Shown piece after piece: positions 36,517-48,464 of a stretch of DNA of 64,000 nucleotides. The stretch's first letter is position 1. Each line of letters opens with the position of its first letter. A program made the position numbers and the translations under genes. A model generated the notes under the pieces. The model did not search any database, was not told the origin of the DNA, and worked only from the letters and a program-made list of their open reading frames with translations. The stretch spans positions 91,334-155,333 of the forward strand of contig DASTBV010000147.1 of the NCBI GenBank assembly GCA_035711805.1, written 5' to 3'. This stretch comes from Vicinamibacterales bacterium. Lineage in GTDB: Bacteria; Acidobacteriota; Vicinamibacteria; Vicinamibacterales; UBA2999.

Positions 36517-36600
36517 AAGTCAAAAGGCAAGAGTCAAAAGGCAAAAGTCCAAAAGCCAAGATCACAAGTCTTTTGCCTTTTGCCTTTTGACCTTTGACTT
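36505..36600. repeat. Four tandem 14-mers GTCAAAAGGCAAAA followed by inverted copies (kdsD-lapB intergenic)
   Basis: Units start at 36505, 36519, 36533 and 36547. The 15-mer CTTTTGCCTTTTGAC at 36577-36591 is a perfect complement of the units at 36505 and 36533. Confidence 0.8.
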
Positions 36601-36606
36601 ACACAC

Positions 36607-37581
36607 TTAAATCATCTCCGTGCGCCACAGGTCGTGCAGGTGGACCACACCCAGCACCTTGTGGTCATCGTCGACGACAACGACTGACGTGATCTTGTGG
36701 CGTTCGAGCGTGTTCAGGACTTCCACCGCCAATGTCTCCGATGCGATGGTGATCGGATTGCGCGTCATCACGTCCTCGGCGCGCCGCGCGAGCAGGTCCG
36801 ACGTGTCGGCCATGTGCCTCCGCAGGTCGCCGTCGGTGATGATGCCGACGAGGCGGCTGTTTTCGTCGAGCACGCACGACATGCCGAGCTTCTTGCGGGA
36901 AATCTCGTAGATGACCTCGCGCATTTCGTCGCCGGTGCGCACCACCGGGGTCTGCTCGCCAGCGGTCATAAGTTGATCGGCACGCATCAGCCGCTTGCCG
37001 AGCTTCCCTCCAGGGTGGAGGTTGGCGAAGTCCTCCTGTCGGAATCCCTTGGTGACGAGCAGTGTCATGGCCAGCGCGTCGCCGAGGGCGAGCGCCGCCG
37101 TCGTGCTGGCGGTGGGGACGAGGTTGAGCGGACACGCCTCTTTCGAGACGTGGCAGTCGAGCGCCACATCGGCGGCCTGGCCCAGCGTCGAGTGAGGCTC
37201 GCCGGTCATCACGATCAGGCGCGCGCCGAGGCGCTTGATCGTTTCCAGCAGCCTGAGCAGCTCGTCTGTTTCCCCACTGTGCGACAGGGCGACGATGGTG
37301 TCCTCGGGCTGCAGGACACCAAGGTCGCCATGGATCGCTTCGGCGGGGTGAAGGAAGAAAGCCGGCGTTCCGGTGCTGGACAAGGTCGCGGCAATCTTCC
37401 GGCAGATGATCCCCGACTTGCCCATGCCGGTGACGATCACGCGGCCGCGGCACTCGAGCAGCAGTCGAACGGCACGTTCGAAGCTCTCGTCGAGGCGGTC
37501 GACCAGTGCCAGAATGGCTGCGGCTTCCGTCTGAAGCACCTTGCGCGCCAGCGCGAAGTCCGGCGCTACGGTCTTGCTCAC
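36607..37581 (-). CDS. kdsD: Arabinose-5-phosphate isomerase (KpsF/GutQ/KdsD family; SIS + CBS pair)
   Basis: GRVIVTGMGKSGIICRKIAATLSSTGTPAFFLHPAEAIHGDLG plus a C-terminal CBS pair. Confidence 0.9.
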   Translation of the reverse strand: MSKTVAPDFALARKVLQTEAAAILALVDRLDESFERAVRLLLECRGRVIVTGMGKSGIICRKIAATLSSTGTPAFFLHPAEAIHGDLGVLQPEDTIVALSHSGETDELLRLLETIKRLGARLIVMTGEPHSTLGQAADVALDCHVSKEACPLNLVPTASTTAALALGDALAMTLLVTKGFRQEDFANLHPGGKLGKRLMRADQLMTAGEQTPVVRTGDEMREVIYEISRKKLGMSCVLDENSRLVGIITDGDLRRHMADTSDLLARRAEDVMTRNPITIASETLAVEVLNTLERHKITSVVVVDDDHKVLGVVHLHDLWRTEMI

Positions 37582-38441
37582 GCGCGGACCCCCGAGGACA
37601 CCGCGGCGGCATCCGGAATCGCCCGCTCCCGGGCTGCGGCGTCGATCCGCTGCAGCTTTCGGATGAGCGGCTCGAGGTGATCGAGCCGGAGGGCATTGGC
37701 GGCATCGCTTTTCGCGCGCGCCGGATCTTCATGGACCTCCATGAAAATTGCATCCACGCCGGCTGCAACGCCGGCCGATGCCAGCGGTTCGATGTACTCG
37801 GCGAGGCCAGCGGTTACCCCGTCGCCAGCCCCTGGCAGCTGCAGGCTGTGCGTGACGTCGAAGACGACCGGATAGCCGAGCTCCCGCAGCATCGGAAAAG
37901 CGCGGACGTCCACGACCAGGTTGTTGTAACCGAAGCTCACGCCGCGCTCGGTGACCAGGACGCGATGGTTACCCGTGGCAGTCACTTTGTCGATCACATG
38001 GCGGACGTCGCGCGGAGCCAGGAACTGTCCCTTCTTGATATTGACGACCGCGCCGGTTCGCGCGGCGGCGTCGATCAGATCGGTCTGGCGCGAGAGAAAT
38101 GCCGGAATCTGGATGACGTCGGCGACCGCGGCCGCGGCGGCGGCCTGCGCGGGTTCGTGGATGTCTGTGAGCACCGGAAGCCCCGTCCGCGCCTTGATAT
38201 CGCCGAGAACGCGCAATCCCGCTTCGAGACCCGGACCGCGAAACGACGCGCCGGATGTGCGGTTTGCCTTGTCGAACGATGCTTTGTAGACAACCGGGGC
38301 AGAGCAGCGGTTGGCCACGTCTCTGATGGCAAGCGCCAGATCGAGGGCATGCGCCGCGCTTTCGATGACGCAGGGGCCGAGGATGAAGGCGAGCGGCTGC
38401 CCGCCTCCCACCGTGAAGCCTCCGATCTGGACCGGGTGCAC
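37578..38441 (-). CDS. kdsA: 3-deoxy-8-phosphooctulonate (Kdo-8-P) synthase
   Basis: YKASFDKANRTSGASFRGPGLEAGLRVL...LPVLTDIHE...VNIKKGQF...FDVTHSLQLPG. Confidence 0.93.
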   Translation of the reverse strand: MHPVQIGGFTVGGGQPLAFILGPCVIESAAHALDLALAIRDVANRCSAPVVYKASFDKANRTSGASFRGPGLEAGLRVLGDIKARTGLPVLTDIHEPAQAAAAAAVADVIQIPAFLSRQTDLIDAAARTGAVVNIKKGQFLAPRDVRHVIDKVTATGNHRVLVTERGVSFGYNNLVVDVRAFPMLRELGYPVVFDVTHSLQLPGAGDGVTAGLAEYIEPLASAGVAAGVDAIFMEVHEDPARAKSDAANALRLDHLEPLIRKLQRIDAAARERAIPDAAAVSSGVRA

Positions 38442-38450
38442 GGCTCTATT

Positions 38451-40145
<1,695 letters not shown>

Positions 40146-40886
40146 TCACAATGGTGTACTTGAGGCTGTTTCTCGCACACGTTCCAAGTCCGCCGGGGTG
40201 TCGACGCCGATCGAATCGTGCTCGGTTTCCACCGCGCGAATACGGTGGCCGTGCTCCAGCGCGCGCAGCTGCTCGAGCGATTCCGCCTGCTCGAGCGCCG
40301 TTTGCGGCAGCGCCGCGAGACGAATGAGAAAGTCGCGGCGGTACGCGTAGAGCCCTAGATGTTTATAGGCGTAGTGTCCGCCTTTCGGCGGACCCTCTCG
40401 ATGAAACGGAATCGGCGCGCGCGAGAAATACAGCGCATCGTCGTTGCCGTCGACCACGACCTTCACGACGTGGGGACTTGCGTAATCCTCTTCGAGTCGA
40501 ATCGGGGTCCGCAGCGTTGCCATCTCCAGGTCCGCATCACCGCGCAAGGCGTCGATCATCAGCGAGATGGCCGACGGCTCGACAAGCGGTTCGTCGCCCT
40601 GCACGTTCACCACGATGGAGCAGTGCAGATCGCGGGCGACCTCGGCGATGCGATCCATGCCGGTCCGGTGATGCCGGCCCGTCATGCGGGCGATGCCGCC
40701 GAAGCGTTCCACCGCGGTCACCACGCGTTCGTCGTCGGTGGCAACGACCACTGCGTCGATGCCACGTGCGTCCGCCGCGCGTCGGTAGACGTGCTCGATC
40801 ATCGGGCGGCCGGCGATTTCTGCGAGAGGTTTTCCGGGGAATCGTGTCGAGGCGTAGCGGGCAGGAATGACAGCGACCGAGGTCAC
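40146..40886 (-). CDS. kdsB: 3-deoxy-manno-octulosonate cytidylyltransferase (CMP-Kdo synthetase)
   Basis: AVIPARYASTRFPGKPLAEIAGRPMIEHVY...VNVQGDEP. GTG 40886 is chosen; the alternative start is 40931. Confidence 0.88.
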   Translation of the reverse strand: MTSVAVIPARYASTRFPGKPLAEIAGRPMIEHVYRRAADARGIDAVVVATDDERVVTAVERFGGIARMTGRHHRTGMDRIAEVARDLHCSIVVNVQGDEPLVEPSAISLMIDALRGDADLEMATLRTPIRLEEDYASPHVVKVVVDGNDDALYFSRAPIPFHREGPPKGGHYAYKHLGLYAYRRDFLIRLAALPQTALEQAESLEQLRALEHGHRIRAVETEHDSIGVDTPADLERVRETASSTPL

Positions 40887-40973
40887 TTGTGCCGTCCGTT
40901 CGAATGGATCACGGAACGAAACGGGGTGCACGGCGAATCATAACACGCCCGCCTTCGCGCGTCGCGCGAAGGG

Positions 40974-42557
40974 TCAGACCCTGACGATTCGCGCCTCACG
41001 GATCGCGGGCACTTCCCGCAATTCGTCGACGACGATTTCCGGGATCGGCTTGTCGTCGGGCTCGTCGACGATGGCGACGGCAACGGCGCGGTCGCCGTCG
41101 CGCCCTAACGCGAACGTCGCGATATTGACGTCGTAGCGTCCGAGAATCGTGCCGACGCGTCCGATGACGCCGGGCTGGTCGGTGTTGCAGGTCACGATCA
41201 TCGTGCCCTCGAGCGGCGCTTCGACGACGACACCGTCCAGCAAAACCAGACGGGGCACTCCGCGTTCGGAAATCGCCCCTTCGATGTGCCTGGCGCCTTC
41301 GGCGGTCTTGAGCTGCACCGAGATCAGGCTGGTGTAGTCGCGGCGGCGAGTGCTGCTCGATTCGACAACCTCGATGCCACGTTCGGCGGCGACCGCGCGC
41401 GCGTTGACGAGCGTCACTCCCGACGAGAGAATCGGCTTGAACATCCCGGCCAGGACGGCGTTCCCGAGCATATCGGTTCGGCTTTTGGTGACCTCCCCGT
41501 AGTAGCGCACGCCCAGGGACGCGGCGCGGCCATCGCTCATCTGGGCGATGAATGTTCCGAGCCGTTCTGCAAGCGTGACAAAGGGTTGCAGCTTCTTGTA
41601 TTCGTCGGCGGATACCGACGGGAAGTTGACCGCGTTGCGAATCAGGCCGTCTTTAAGGAAGTCGCGCAGCGCCGCGGCAGTTTCTACGCCGACAAGCTCC
41701 TGGCCCTCCCGGGTCGAGGCCGCGATGTGCGGCGTCGCGATCACCTGTGGCAATGACTGCAGCCGGTGGTCCACCGTGGGTTCCTTGGTAAAGACGTCAA
41801 GGGCCGCCCCGCCGACGAGGCCTGCTTCGATGGCATCGGCAAGTGCCGCTTCATCAATCAGATCGCCGCGTGCAGTGTTGACGATCCGCACGCCTTTCTT
41901 CATCTTGTGCAGCCTGGCGGCGTTCACCAGCTGCTTGGTCTGTGGCGTCGACGGCATGTGCAGGGAGATATAGTCGGCGCGGGTAAACAGGTCGTCCATC
42001 GACACGAGCTCGACGCCGAGGTCGGCGGCGACCCGTTCCGAGATGAATGGATCGTGCGCGATGACGCGCATGCTGAATCCGGAGGCCCTCTTCGCCACCT
42101 CCTGACCAATCCGGCCCAGCCCCACCAGTCCGAGCGTCTTGTCGCGAACCTCCTCGCCGAGAAACTTCTTCTTCTCCCACTTGCCCTGCTTCATGGCGGC
42201 GTCTGCGGCAGGGAGATGGCGGGCGAGCGCCAGGATCAAGCCCATCGCCAGCTCGGCGACGCTGATGCTGTTCGCACCGGGCGCGTTCATGACGACAATG
42301 CCGCGGGCGCTGGCTGCTGGCACGTCCACGTTGTCCACGCCTGTTCCCGCGCGAGCGATCACGCGCAGCTTCTTGGCGGCGGCGATGAGCTCCGCGGTGA
42401 CCTTGGTTGCACTTCGCACGACCAGCGCGTCAGCCTCAGCGACGTCGGCGGCGAGCTGCTCCGCCGTACGCCCGGTGCGGGCGTCGACGGTCCAGCCTTC
42501 TGCTTTCAGGAGTTGAAGTGCGGATTCAGGGAGGTCGTCGGCGACAACAATTTTCAC
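40974..42557 (-). CDS. serA: D-3-phosphoglycerate dehydrogenase (long form with ASB and ACT domains)
   Basis: KIVVADDL..., NAD-binding GLVGLGRIGQEVAKRA and a C-terminal ACT domain. GTG 42557 is chosen (527 aa); the track start at 42731 extends into low-GC intergenic DNA. Confidence 0.9.
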   Translation of the reverse strand: MKIVVADDLPESALQLLKAEGWTVDARTGRTAEQLAADVAEADALVVRSATKVTAELIAAAKKLRVIARAGTGVDNVDVPAASARGIVVMNAPGANSISVAELAMGLILALARHLPAADAAMKQGKWEKKKFLGEEVRDKTLGLVGLGRIGQEVAKRASGFSMRVIAHDPFISERVAADLGVELVSMDDLFTRADYISLHMPSTPQTKQLVNAARLHKMKKGVRIVNTARGDLIDEAALADAIEAGLVGGAALDVFTKEPTVDHRLQSLPQVIATPHIAASTREGQELVGVETAAALRDFLKDGLIRNAVNFPSVSADEYKKLQPFVTLAERLGTFIAQMSDGRAASLGVRYYGEVTKSRTDMLGNAVLAGMFKPILSSGVTLVNARAVAAERGIEVVESSSTRRRDYTSLISVQLKTAEGARHIEGAISERGVPRLVLLDGVVVEAPLEGTMIVTCNTDQPGVIGRVGTILGRYDVNIATFALGRDGDRAVAVAIVDEPDDKPIPEIVVDELREVPAIREARIVRV

Positions 42558-42787
42558 GATGGGACCAGACTTAGTGACTGTGTATTCGCGTTCGAATAAC
42601 GCGGATGCTTGAAAGTATAATCTTTGGTTCGGGAAGGTAACGTCCGCACAACGATGGTGCAAACCGCTAAATGCCGTGGAATCGGTTGCGGTTCGCTGCG
42701 TACGCGGCCTCTTTTCAACAGGCTTTTCCACAGAAATTGTGAGTACTTCGATCCGCGGCTGCGGGATCGTGCCCTAATGAGGAGTTC

Positions 42788-43714
42788 ATGAATCGCAAAG
42801 TCACAGTGGTGGGCGGGGCCGGCAACGTCGGCATGACTGTCGCCCGCGCGATTGCAGAGAAGGCGCTCGCCGATGTCGTCATCATCGACATCGCGGAGCA
42901 GAAAGCCGCCGGCGTTGCGCTCGACATTTACGAGACGTGTCCGATCATCGGCTCGGATTCGCGCGTCATCGGCGGAGCAGACTGGAATGCCGCCGCAGGC
43001 TCCGACATCGTCGTCATCACGTCGGGCAAGCCGCGCAAGCCGGGCATGAGCCGTGACGATCTCGTCCGCGACAACTTCGAGATCATGAAGAGCATCGCGC
43101 CGAACCTGGTGCAGTACTGCCCGAACGCGATCGTCGTGCCGGTCGCCAATCCGCTCGATGCGATGTCCCAGGCGCTTTTCCGGCTGACCAAATTTCCGCG
43201 CGAGCGGATCATCGGTATGGCCGGGGTCCTCGACTCGGCGCGCATGAGCACGTTCGTCGCCATGGAGCTGAACGTCTCGGTCCAGAACGTTCATTCGTTC
43301 GTGCTCGGCGGACACGGCGACACGATGGTGCCGCTGCCGCGGTACTCGACGGTAGCAGGCATTCCGCTGACGGAACTGCTGTCGAAGGATCGGATCGACG
43401 CGATCGCGAAGCGGACGGCCGACGGCGGCGCCGAGATCACGAAACTGGTCGGCACGAGCGCGTGGTACGCGCCCGGTCAGGCGGCCGCGGAGATGTGCGA
43501 CGCCATTCTGAAGGACAAGAAGAAGATCCTTCCGTGCTCCGTCTTCCTCCAGGGAGAGTACGGGATTCGCGATCTCTTCGTCGGCGTGCCTGTGAAGCTC
43601 GGCGCGCGAGGCGTGGAGCAGATCATCGAGATTAAGCTGACGGCGGACGAAGACGCAGCGCTCAAGAAGTCGGCGGCGTCCGTGAAGGAATTGGTTGACG
43701 TAATCGGCATGTAG
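42788..43714 (+). CDS. mdh: Malate dehydrogenase (LDH-like type)
   Basis: [16 protein letters not shown]...[16 protein letters not shown]...; 308 aa. Confidence 0.93.
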   Translation: MNRKVTVVGGAGNVGMTVARAIAEKALADVVIIDIAEQKAAGVALDIYETCPIIGSDSRVIGGADWNAAAGSDIVVITSGKPRKPGMSRDDLVRDNFEIMKSIAPNLVQYCPNAIVVPVANPLDAMSQALFRLTKFPRERIIGMAGVLDSARMSTFVAMELNVSVQNVHSFVLGGHGDTMVPLPRYSTVAGIPLTELLSKDRIDAIAKRTADGGAEITKLVGTSAWYAPGQAAAEMCDAILKDKKKILPCSVFLQGEYGIRDLFVGVPVKLGARGVEQIIEIKLTADEDAALKKSAASVKELVDVIGM

Positions 43715-43715
43715 C

Positions 43716-43735
43716 GGCCGACCTCAAGGTCGGCC
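43716..43735. repeat. Perfect hairpin GGCCGACC-TCAA-GGTCGGCC immediately after the mdh stop
   Basis: Read directly. Degenerate relatives lie at 3297-3316 and 54756-54775. Confidence 0.75.
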
Positions 43736-43773
43736 CTTACGCGTCACTGCATCTCGTATACGATCACCTCTTT

Positions 43774-44967
43774 GTGAAAATCCACGAGTACCAGGCAAAG
43801 TCAGTTCTCGCGCGGTTCGGCGTGCCGGTTCCGCGCGGCGAGGTCGCGTTCTCTCCAGCAGAGGCGGGGGACATCGCTCGCCGTCTCGGCGGCGACGTCG
43901 TTGTGGTCAAGTCGCAGATCCATGCCGGCGGACGGGGCAAAGGCGGAGGCGTCAAGATTGCCCGGTCCGCGGCCGAAGGCGAGCAGATCGCCAAGCAGAT
44001 GATCGGGATGACCCTCGTCACCCATCAAACAGGCCCGGAAGGGAAGAAGGTCGGCCGCGTGCTCATCGAGGAAGGCCTTCAGATCGATCGCGAGCTGTAC
44101 CTGAGCATCGTGATCGACCGGGCATCCGCGTCCCCGGTGGTGATCGCCAGCGCGGCCGGGGGAATGGACATCGAGGAGGTGGCGGCCTCCGATCCCGGCA
44201 AGATTCTGAAAGAGCGGATCGATGCGGGCACCGGTGTCGTGGCGTTCCAGGCCCGCAAGCTGGCGTTCGGCATGGGCTTGCCGGCGGCGTCGGTGTCGAA
44301 GTTCGTGAAGCTGCTCGAGTCGGTCTACAGGGCGTTCATCGAAACGGACGCGTCGATGATCGAGATCAACCCCCTGATCCTGACGAAGGGGGGCGATCTC
44401 CTGGCGCTCGACGCCAAGGTGAGCTTCGACGACAACGCGCTCTACCGTCATCCCGACCTGAAGGAACTGCGCGACGTCAGCGAAGAGGACCCGCTCGAAG
44501 TCGAGGCCTCGAAGTTTTCGCTGAACTACATCCGGCTGGACGGCAACATCGGCTGCATGGTGAACGGCGCCGGGCTGGCGATGGCGACGATGGACATCAT
44601 CAAACTCGCCGGTGGAGAGCCCGCCAACTTCCTTGACGTGGGCGGTGGCGCAAACGCCGAACAAATCAAGAACGCCTTCCGCATCCTGATGGCGGACAAG
44701 AACGTCAAGGCCGTGCTGATCAACATCTTCGGCGGCATCCTTCGATGTGACGTGCTGGCGCAGGGGGTAATTGCCGCTGTCACCGAGCTGGGCGTTCGCG
44801 TGCCGATCGTGATCCGGATGGAAGGCACGAATGTCGAGGAAGGGAAGCGGCTGCTCCGCGAAAGCGGCCTGAATTTCACGACCGCCGACGCGATGGGCGA
44901 AGCCGCAGAGAAAGTGGTCGCGCTGGCGGAACAACCCCAATCACGACTCACCAATCCCAAATCATAA
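43774..44967 (+). CDS. sucC: Succinyl-CoA synthetase beta subunit
   Basis: [25 protein letters not shown]...; 397 aa. Confidence 0.95.
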   Translation: MKIHEYQAKSVLARFGVPVPRGEVAFSPAEAGDIARRLGGDVVVVKSQIHAGGRGKGGGVKIARSAAEGEQIAKQMIGMTLVTHQTGPEGKKVGRVLIEEGLQIDRELYLSIVIDRASASPVVIASAAGGMDIEEVAASDPGKILKERIDAGTGVVAFQARKLAFGMGLPAASVSKFVKLLESVYRAFIETDASMIEINPLILTKGGDLLALDAKVSFDDNALYRHPDLKELRDVSEEDPLEVEASKFSLNYIRLDGNIGCMVNGAGLAMATMDIIKLAGGEPANFLDVGGGANAEQIKNAFRILMADKNVKAVLINIFGGILRCDVLAQGVIAAVTELGVRVPIVIRMEGTNVEEGKRLLRESGLNFTTADAMGEAAEKVVALAEQPQSRLTNPKS

Positions 44968-44973
44968 ATAGCC

Positions 44974-45846
44974 TTGTCCGTCCTACTCGACAAGAACACC
45001 CGTCTGATCGTCCAGGGACTCACCGGCCGCGAGGGCACGTTCCACGCGAAGGCGGCCGCCGCGTACGGCACGAGTGTCGTCGGCGGCGTCACGCCGGGCA
45101 AGGGCGGCACCGTCCACGAAGGGTGGCCGGTGTTCAACAGCGTTCACGACGCGGTACGTGAGACGGGGGCGAATGCCAGCGTCATCTTCGTTCCGCCGGC
45201 CTTCGCGGCGGACGCCATCATGGAAGCGGCCGACGCGGAGATCCCGCTTGCCGTCTGCATCACCGAAGGCATTCCGACGCTCGACATGCTCAAGGTGATG
45301 ACATTCATGAAAGGGCGCCGGACGAGGCTCATTGGCCCCAACTGCCCCGGAGTCATCACGGCCGGGCAGGCGAAAGCCGGGATCATCCCGGGCCATATCT
45401 GCCGCGAAGGAACGATTGGCATCGTCTCGAAGAGCGGAACACTGACCTACGAGGCGATCCATCAGCTCTCGAAGCAGGGGATGGGGCAGACGACCTGCAT
45501 CGGCATCGGCGGCGATCCTCTGATCGGCACGAGCTTCATCGACGCGCTGACGCTGTTCGCGGCGGACCCTGACACCGAGGCGGTCGTGATGATCGGCGAG
45601 ATCGGCGGCACGGCTGAAGAAGACGCGGCGGCGTTCATCAAACGTGCGTTCAACAAGCCGGTGGTCGGGTTCATCGCCGGGCAGACGGCGCCGCCGGGGC
45701 GGCGAATGGGTCATGCCGGCGCCATCATTGCCGGCGGCCAGGGAACGGCGGCGGAAAAGATGAACGCGCTCACCCGCGCGGGTGTTCACGTGGTGAAGAG
45801 CCCGGCGGACATGGGAGCCAAGATGCGAGAGGCACTCGGACGATGA
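44974..45846 (+). CDS. sucD: Succinyl-CoA synthetase alpha subunit
   Basis: [14 protein letters not shown]...SKSGTLTYE...[11 protein letters not shown] start as given in the track. Confidence 0.95.
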   Translation: MSVLLDKNTRLIVQGLTGREGTFHAKAAAAYGTSVVGGVTPGKGGTVHEGWPVFNSVHDAVRETGANASVIFVPPAFAADAIMEAADAEIPLAVCITEGIPTLDMLKVMTFMKGRRTRLIGPNCPGVITAGQAKAGIIPGHICREGTIGIVSKSGTLTYEAIHQLSKQGMGQTTCIGIGGDPLIGTSFIDALTLFAADPDTEAVVMIGEIGGTAEEDAAAFIKRAFNKPVVGFIAGQTAPPGRRMGHAGAIIAGGQGTAAEKMNALTRAGVHVVKSPADMGAKMREALGR

Positions 45847-46277
45847 GCACTGCGGGAGTAGGCACTGAGCGGACGTTCGCGATCATCAAGCCGGACGCGG
45901 TGAGCCGGCGGCTGGCCGGCAAGATCCTCGCCCGCATCGAGGAGGCCGGCTTCACCGTCCGGGCAATGCGTCTGCAGCACCTGTCGAAACAGGAAGCGGA
46001 AGGGTTCTACGCCGTCCATCGCGAGCGGCCGTTTTTCGGCGAACTGACCGAGTTCATGTCCTCCGGACCATGCGTGCTGCTCGCCCTCGAGGCGCCGGAT
46101 GCGATCAGGAAATGGCGGGACACGATGGGACCGACCGACCCGGCCAAGGCGGCGCCGGGCACGCTGCGCCGCGACTTCGGCGAGTCGATCGGGCGGAACG
46201 CCACCCACGGATCCGACGCGCCGGAGACGGCCGCCTTTGAACTGGGGTATTTTTTCCGCGGGATGGAGCTGATCTGA
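45843..46277 (+). CDS. ndk: Nucleoside diphosphate kinase
   Basis: [12 protein letters not shown]...NATHGSD; 4-nt overlap with sucD. Confidence 0.93.
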   Translation: MSTAGVGTERTFAIIKPDAVSRRLAGKILARIEEAGFTVRAMRLQHLSKQEAEGFYAVHRERPFFGELTEFMSSGPCVLLALEAPDAIRKWRDTMGPTDPAKAAPGTLRRDFGESIGRNATHGSDAPETAAFELGYFFRGMELI

Positions 46278-46284
46278 GACGAAG

Positions 46285-46482
46285 ATGGGCCGATTTCTCA
46301 TCCTCGCCGGTTTGGTGATCGCGGGGGCCGGGCTGCTGATGACGCTCGGGTTCCCGCTGGGACGGCTGCCCGGGGATTTCGCCGTCAAGCGAGGTAACTT
46401 CAGCTTCTACTTTCCCCTGGCGACATCGATCCTCGTGAGTTTGATTCTGACGCTCGTGATGATGTTTTTCGGGAAGCGCTGA
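46285..46482 (+). CDS. DUF2905-family small membrane protein
   Basis: 65 aa with two transmembrane segments and the [22 protein letters not shown] motif typical of DUF2905. Confidence 0.7.
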   Translation: MGRFLILAGLVIAGAGLLMTLGFPLGRLPGDFAVKRGNFSFYFPLATSILVSLILTLVMMFFGKR

Positions 46483-46486
46483 CGCT

Positions 46487-47044
46487 ATGCCGTCGATTAA
46501 GGCCGATCGCTGGATAAAGAAGATGGCCCTCGAGCACGGGATGATCGAGCCGTTCGAGGACCGTCAGGTGAGAAAGGGCGTCATCTCCTACGGCCTCTCG
46601 TCCTACGGCTATGACATCCGCGTCGCCGACGAGTTCAAGGTCTTCACCAACATCAACAGCACCGTCGTCGATCCGAAAAACTTCGACGCGCGGTCGTTCG
46701 TGGACGTAAAGGCGGACGTTTGCATCATCCCGCCGAATTCCTTCGCCCTGGCCAAGACCGTCGAATACTTCCGGATCCCCCGGAACGTCCTTACTGTTTG
46801 CGTCGGCAAATCCACCTACGCGCGCTGCGGGCTGATTGTGAACGTCACGCCGTTCGAGCCGGAGTGGGAGGGATACGTCACGCTCGAGATCTCGAACACG
46901 ACGCCGCTGCCGGCGAAGGTCTACGCGAATGAGGGCATTTCCCAGGTGCTCTTCTTTGAGAGCGACGAAGACTGCGAAGTCTCCTACGCGGACAAGGCGG
47001 GCAAGTACCAGAAGCAGCAGGGCCTGACGCTGCCGAGGCTCTAA
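46487..47044 (+). CDS. dcd: dCTP deaminase
   Basis: [23 protein letters not shown]...SSYGYDIRV...GKSTYARCG...EP.WEG.VTLEISN. Confidence 0.93.
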   Translation: MPSIKADRWIKKMALEHGMIEPFEDRQVRKGVISYGLSSYGYDIRVADEFKVFTNINSTVVDPKNFDARSFVDVKADVCIIPPNSFALAKTVEYFRIPRNVLTVCVGKSTYARCGLIVNVTPFEPEWEGYVTLEISNTTPLPAKVYANEGISQVLFFESDEDCEVSYADKAGKYQKQQGLTLPRL

Positions 47045-47127
47045 TGCAGAATGCAAAATGCAGAATGCAGCCGCGGACTGCTGATGCTACCCGTTGCATG
47101 CATTCAGAATTCTGCATTCTGAATTTC
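47045..47127. repeat. Palindromic element of TGCAGAA/TGCAAAA heptamers with inverted GCATTCT/GAATTCT heptamers (dcd-hisS intergenic)
   Basis: The left arm (47045-47070) starts 1 nt after the dcd stop. The right arm (47095-47127) ends 6 nt before the hisS ATG. CAGAATGCAG and CTGCATTCTG pair perfectly. Confidence 0.8.
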
Positions 47128-47132
47128 CGTCG

Positions 47133-48464
47133 ATGACACGCACCGAGCCGGCGCGCGGCATGCGCGACTTCCTGCCGGAGGACGTGCGGCGCCGCGAGTA
47201 CGTCATCGGCATCGTCAAGCAGGTGTACGAGCGCTACGGCTACGAGCCGCTCGAGACCCCCGCCGCCGAAAACCTCGAAACCCTGATGGGCAAGTACGGG
47301 GACGAGGGCAATCAGCTCATTTTCAAGATCCTGAAGCGCGGCGAGCACGAGGCGAGCGGCCAGGCGGACCTGGCGCTCCGCTACGACCTGACCGTGCCGC
47401 TGGCGCGAGTCATCGCTCATCACCAGAGCAAGCTGCCGCGGCTGTGGAAGCGCTACCAGATTCAGCCGGTATGGCGGGCGGACCGTCCGGCCCGCGGACG
47501 GTTCCGCGAGTTTTATCAGTGCGATGTGGACTTCCTCGGCTCCACATCACCGGCAGTGGAAGCCGAACTGTGTGCTGCAGTAGCGGACGTCCTGAAGGAG
47601 CTCGGTTTCTCGGACTTCAGGATCCGCCTGAATCACCGGCAGCTGCTGACTTCGATCCTGACGGCGGCGGGTATTCAGGAGCCGCTGCATACAACCGCGC
47701 TCGTGGCGATTGACAAGCTCGACAAGATCGGACGCGATGCGGTGCATGCCGAACTGACGGCACGCGGCATCACGCCACAGTCCGCCGAATCGCTCCTTCA
47801 GCTAATGGAACACGGACGGGGCGAGCCCGGCACCAGCATCGGTTTCGGGTCAGACTTCGATGCCGTTGGCCTCGCCGCGTTGCAGAACACGTCCGAAATC
47901 GTGGCCCTCGCCAATGAAACATCGGCTGCGGGTCGTATTCAGCTTGACCTGACGCTCGCGCGCGGGTTGTCGTACTACACTGGCGCGATCATGGAGGTCA
48001 ACGTTCCGGATCTCGCCGGAAGTCTCGGCGGCGGCGGACGTTACGACAACCTGGTGGGGATGTTCCTCGACCAGAGCATCCCTGCCTGCGGGTTCTCGCT
48101 CGGGCTGGAGCGGATCCTGGTCGTGATGGGGGAGCGCGGGATGTTCCCGGCGTCCGTGGCGACGACCCCCGCCGACGTCATGGTGGCCGTATTCGACGCC
48201 GCGGACATGCCCCACGCCATGCGGGTTGCCGGCAGCTTGCGGCAAGCGGGGCTGCGCGTCCTCATCTATCCGGATCCCGACAAGATCGGCAAGCAGATCA
48301 AGTACGCTGATTCACGAGGGATTCCGTTTGTCGCCATCCTCGGTGGCGACGAAATCGCGAACGGCACCCTGACGGTCAAACACCTCGCGGCGAAGACCCA
48401 GCACACATACGAACAGGACGGAGCCGGCGCGGCGATTCTGAAGGAACTGAAGCAACGTGGCTGA
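47133..48464 (+). CDS. hisS: Histidine--tRNA ligase
   Basis: GMRDFLPEDV...YRYDLTVPLAR...FYQCDVD...GGGRYD. ATG 47133 is chosen; the track start at 47094 lies in the repeat element. Confidence 0.93.
   Translation: MTRTEPARGMRDFLPEDVRRREYVIGIVKQVYERYGYEPLETPAAENLETLMGKYGDEGNQLIFKILKRGEHEASGQADLALRYDLTVPLARVIAHHQSKLPRLWKRYQIQPVWRADRPARGRFREFYQCDVDFLGSTSPAVEAELCAAVADVLKELGFSDFRIRLNHRQLLTSILTAAGIQEPLHTTALVAIDKLDKIGRDAVHAELTARGITPQSAESLLQLMEHGRGEPGTSIGFGSDFDAVGLAALQNTSEIVALANETSAAGRIQLDLTLARGLSYYTGAIMEVNVPDLAGSLGGGGRYDNLVGMFLDQSIPACGFSLGLERILVVMGERGMFPASVATTPADVMVAVFDAADMPHAMRVAGSLRQAGLRVLIYPDPDKIGKQIKYADSRGIPFVAILGGDEIANGTLTVKHLAAKTQHTYEQDGAGAAILKELKQRG

Noticed and set aside
34948-36597. A 549-aa plus-strand ORF opposite coaE and lapB
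   Set aside because: It is antisense to two confidently assigned genes. Its C-terminus is simply a translation of the 14-mer repeat (KSKGKSQKAKVQK).
36505-36600. A possible CRISPR array, considered because of regularly spaced repeats here and at 9771-9842
   Set aside because: The units are 14 and 24 nt and directly abutting, with no unique spacers. No cas genes are in the window. Half of the copies are inverted, which is palindrome behaviour and not CRISPR.
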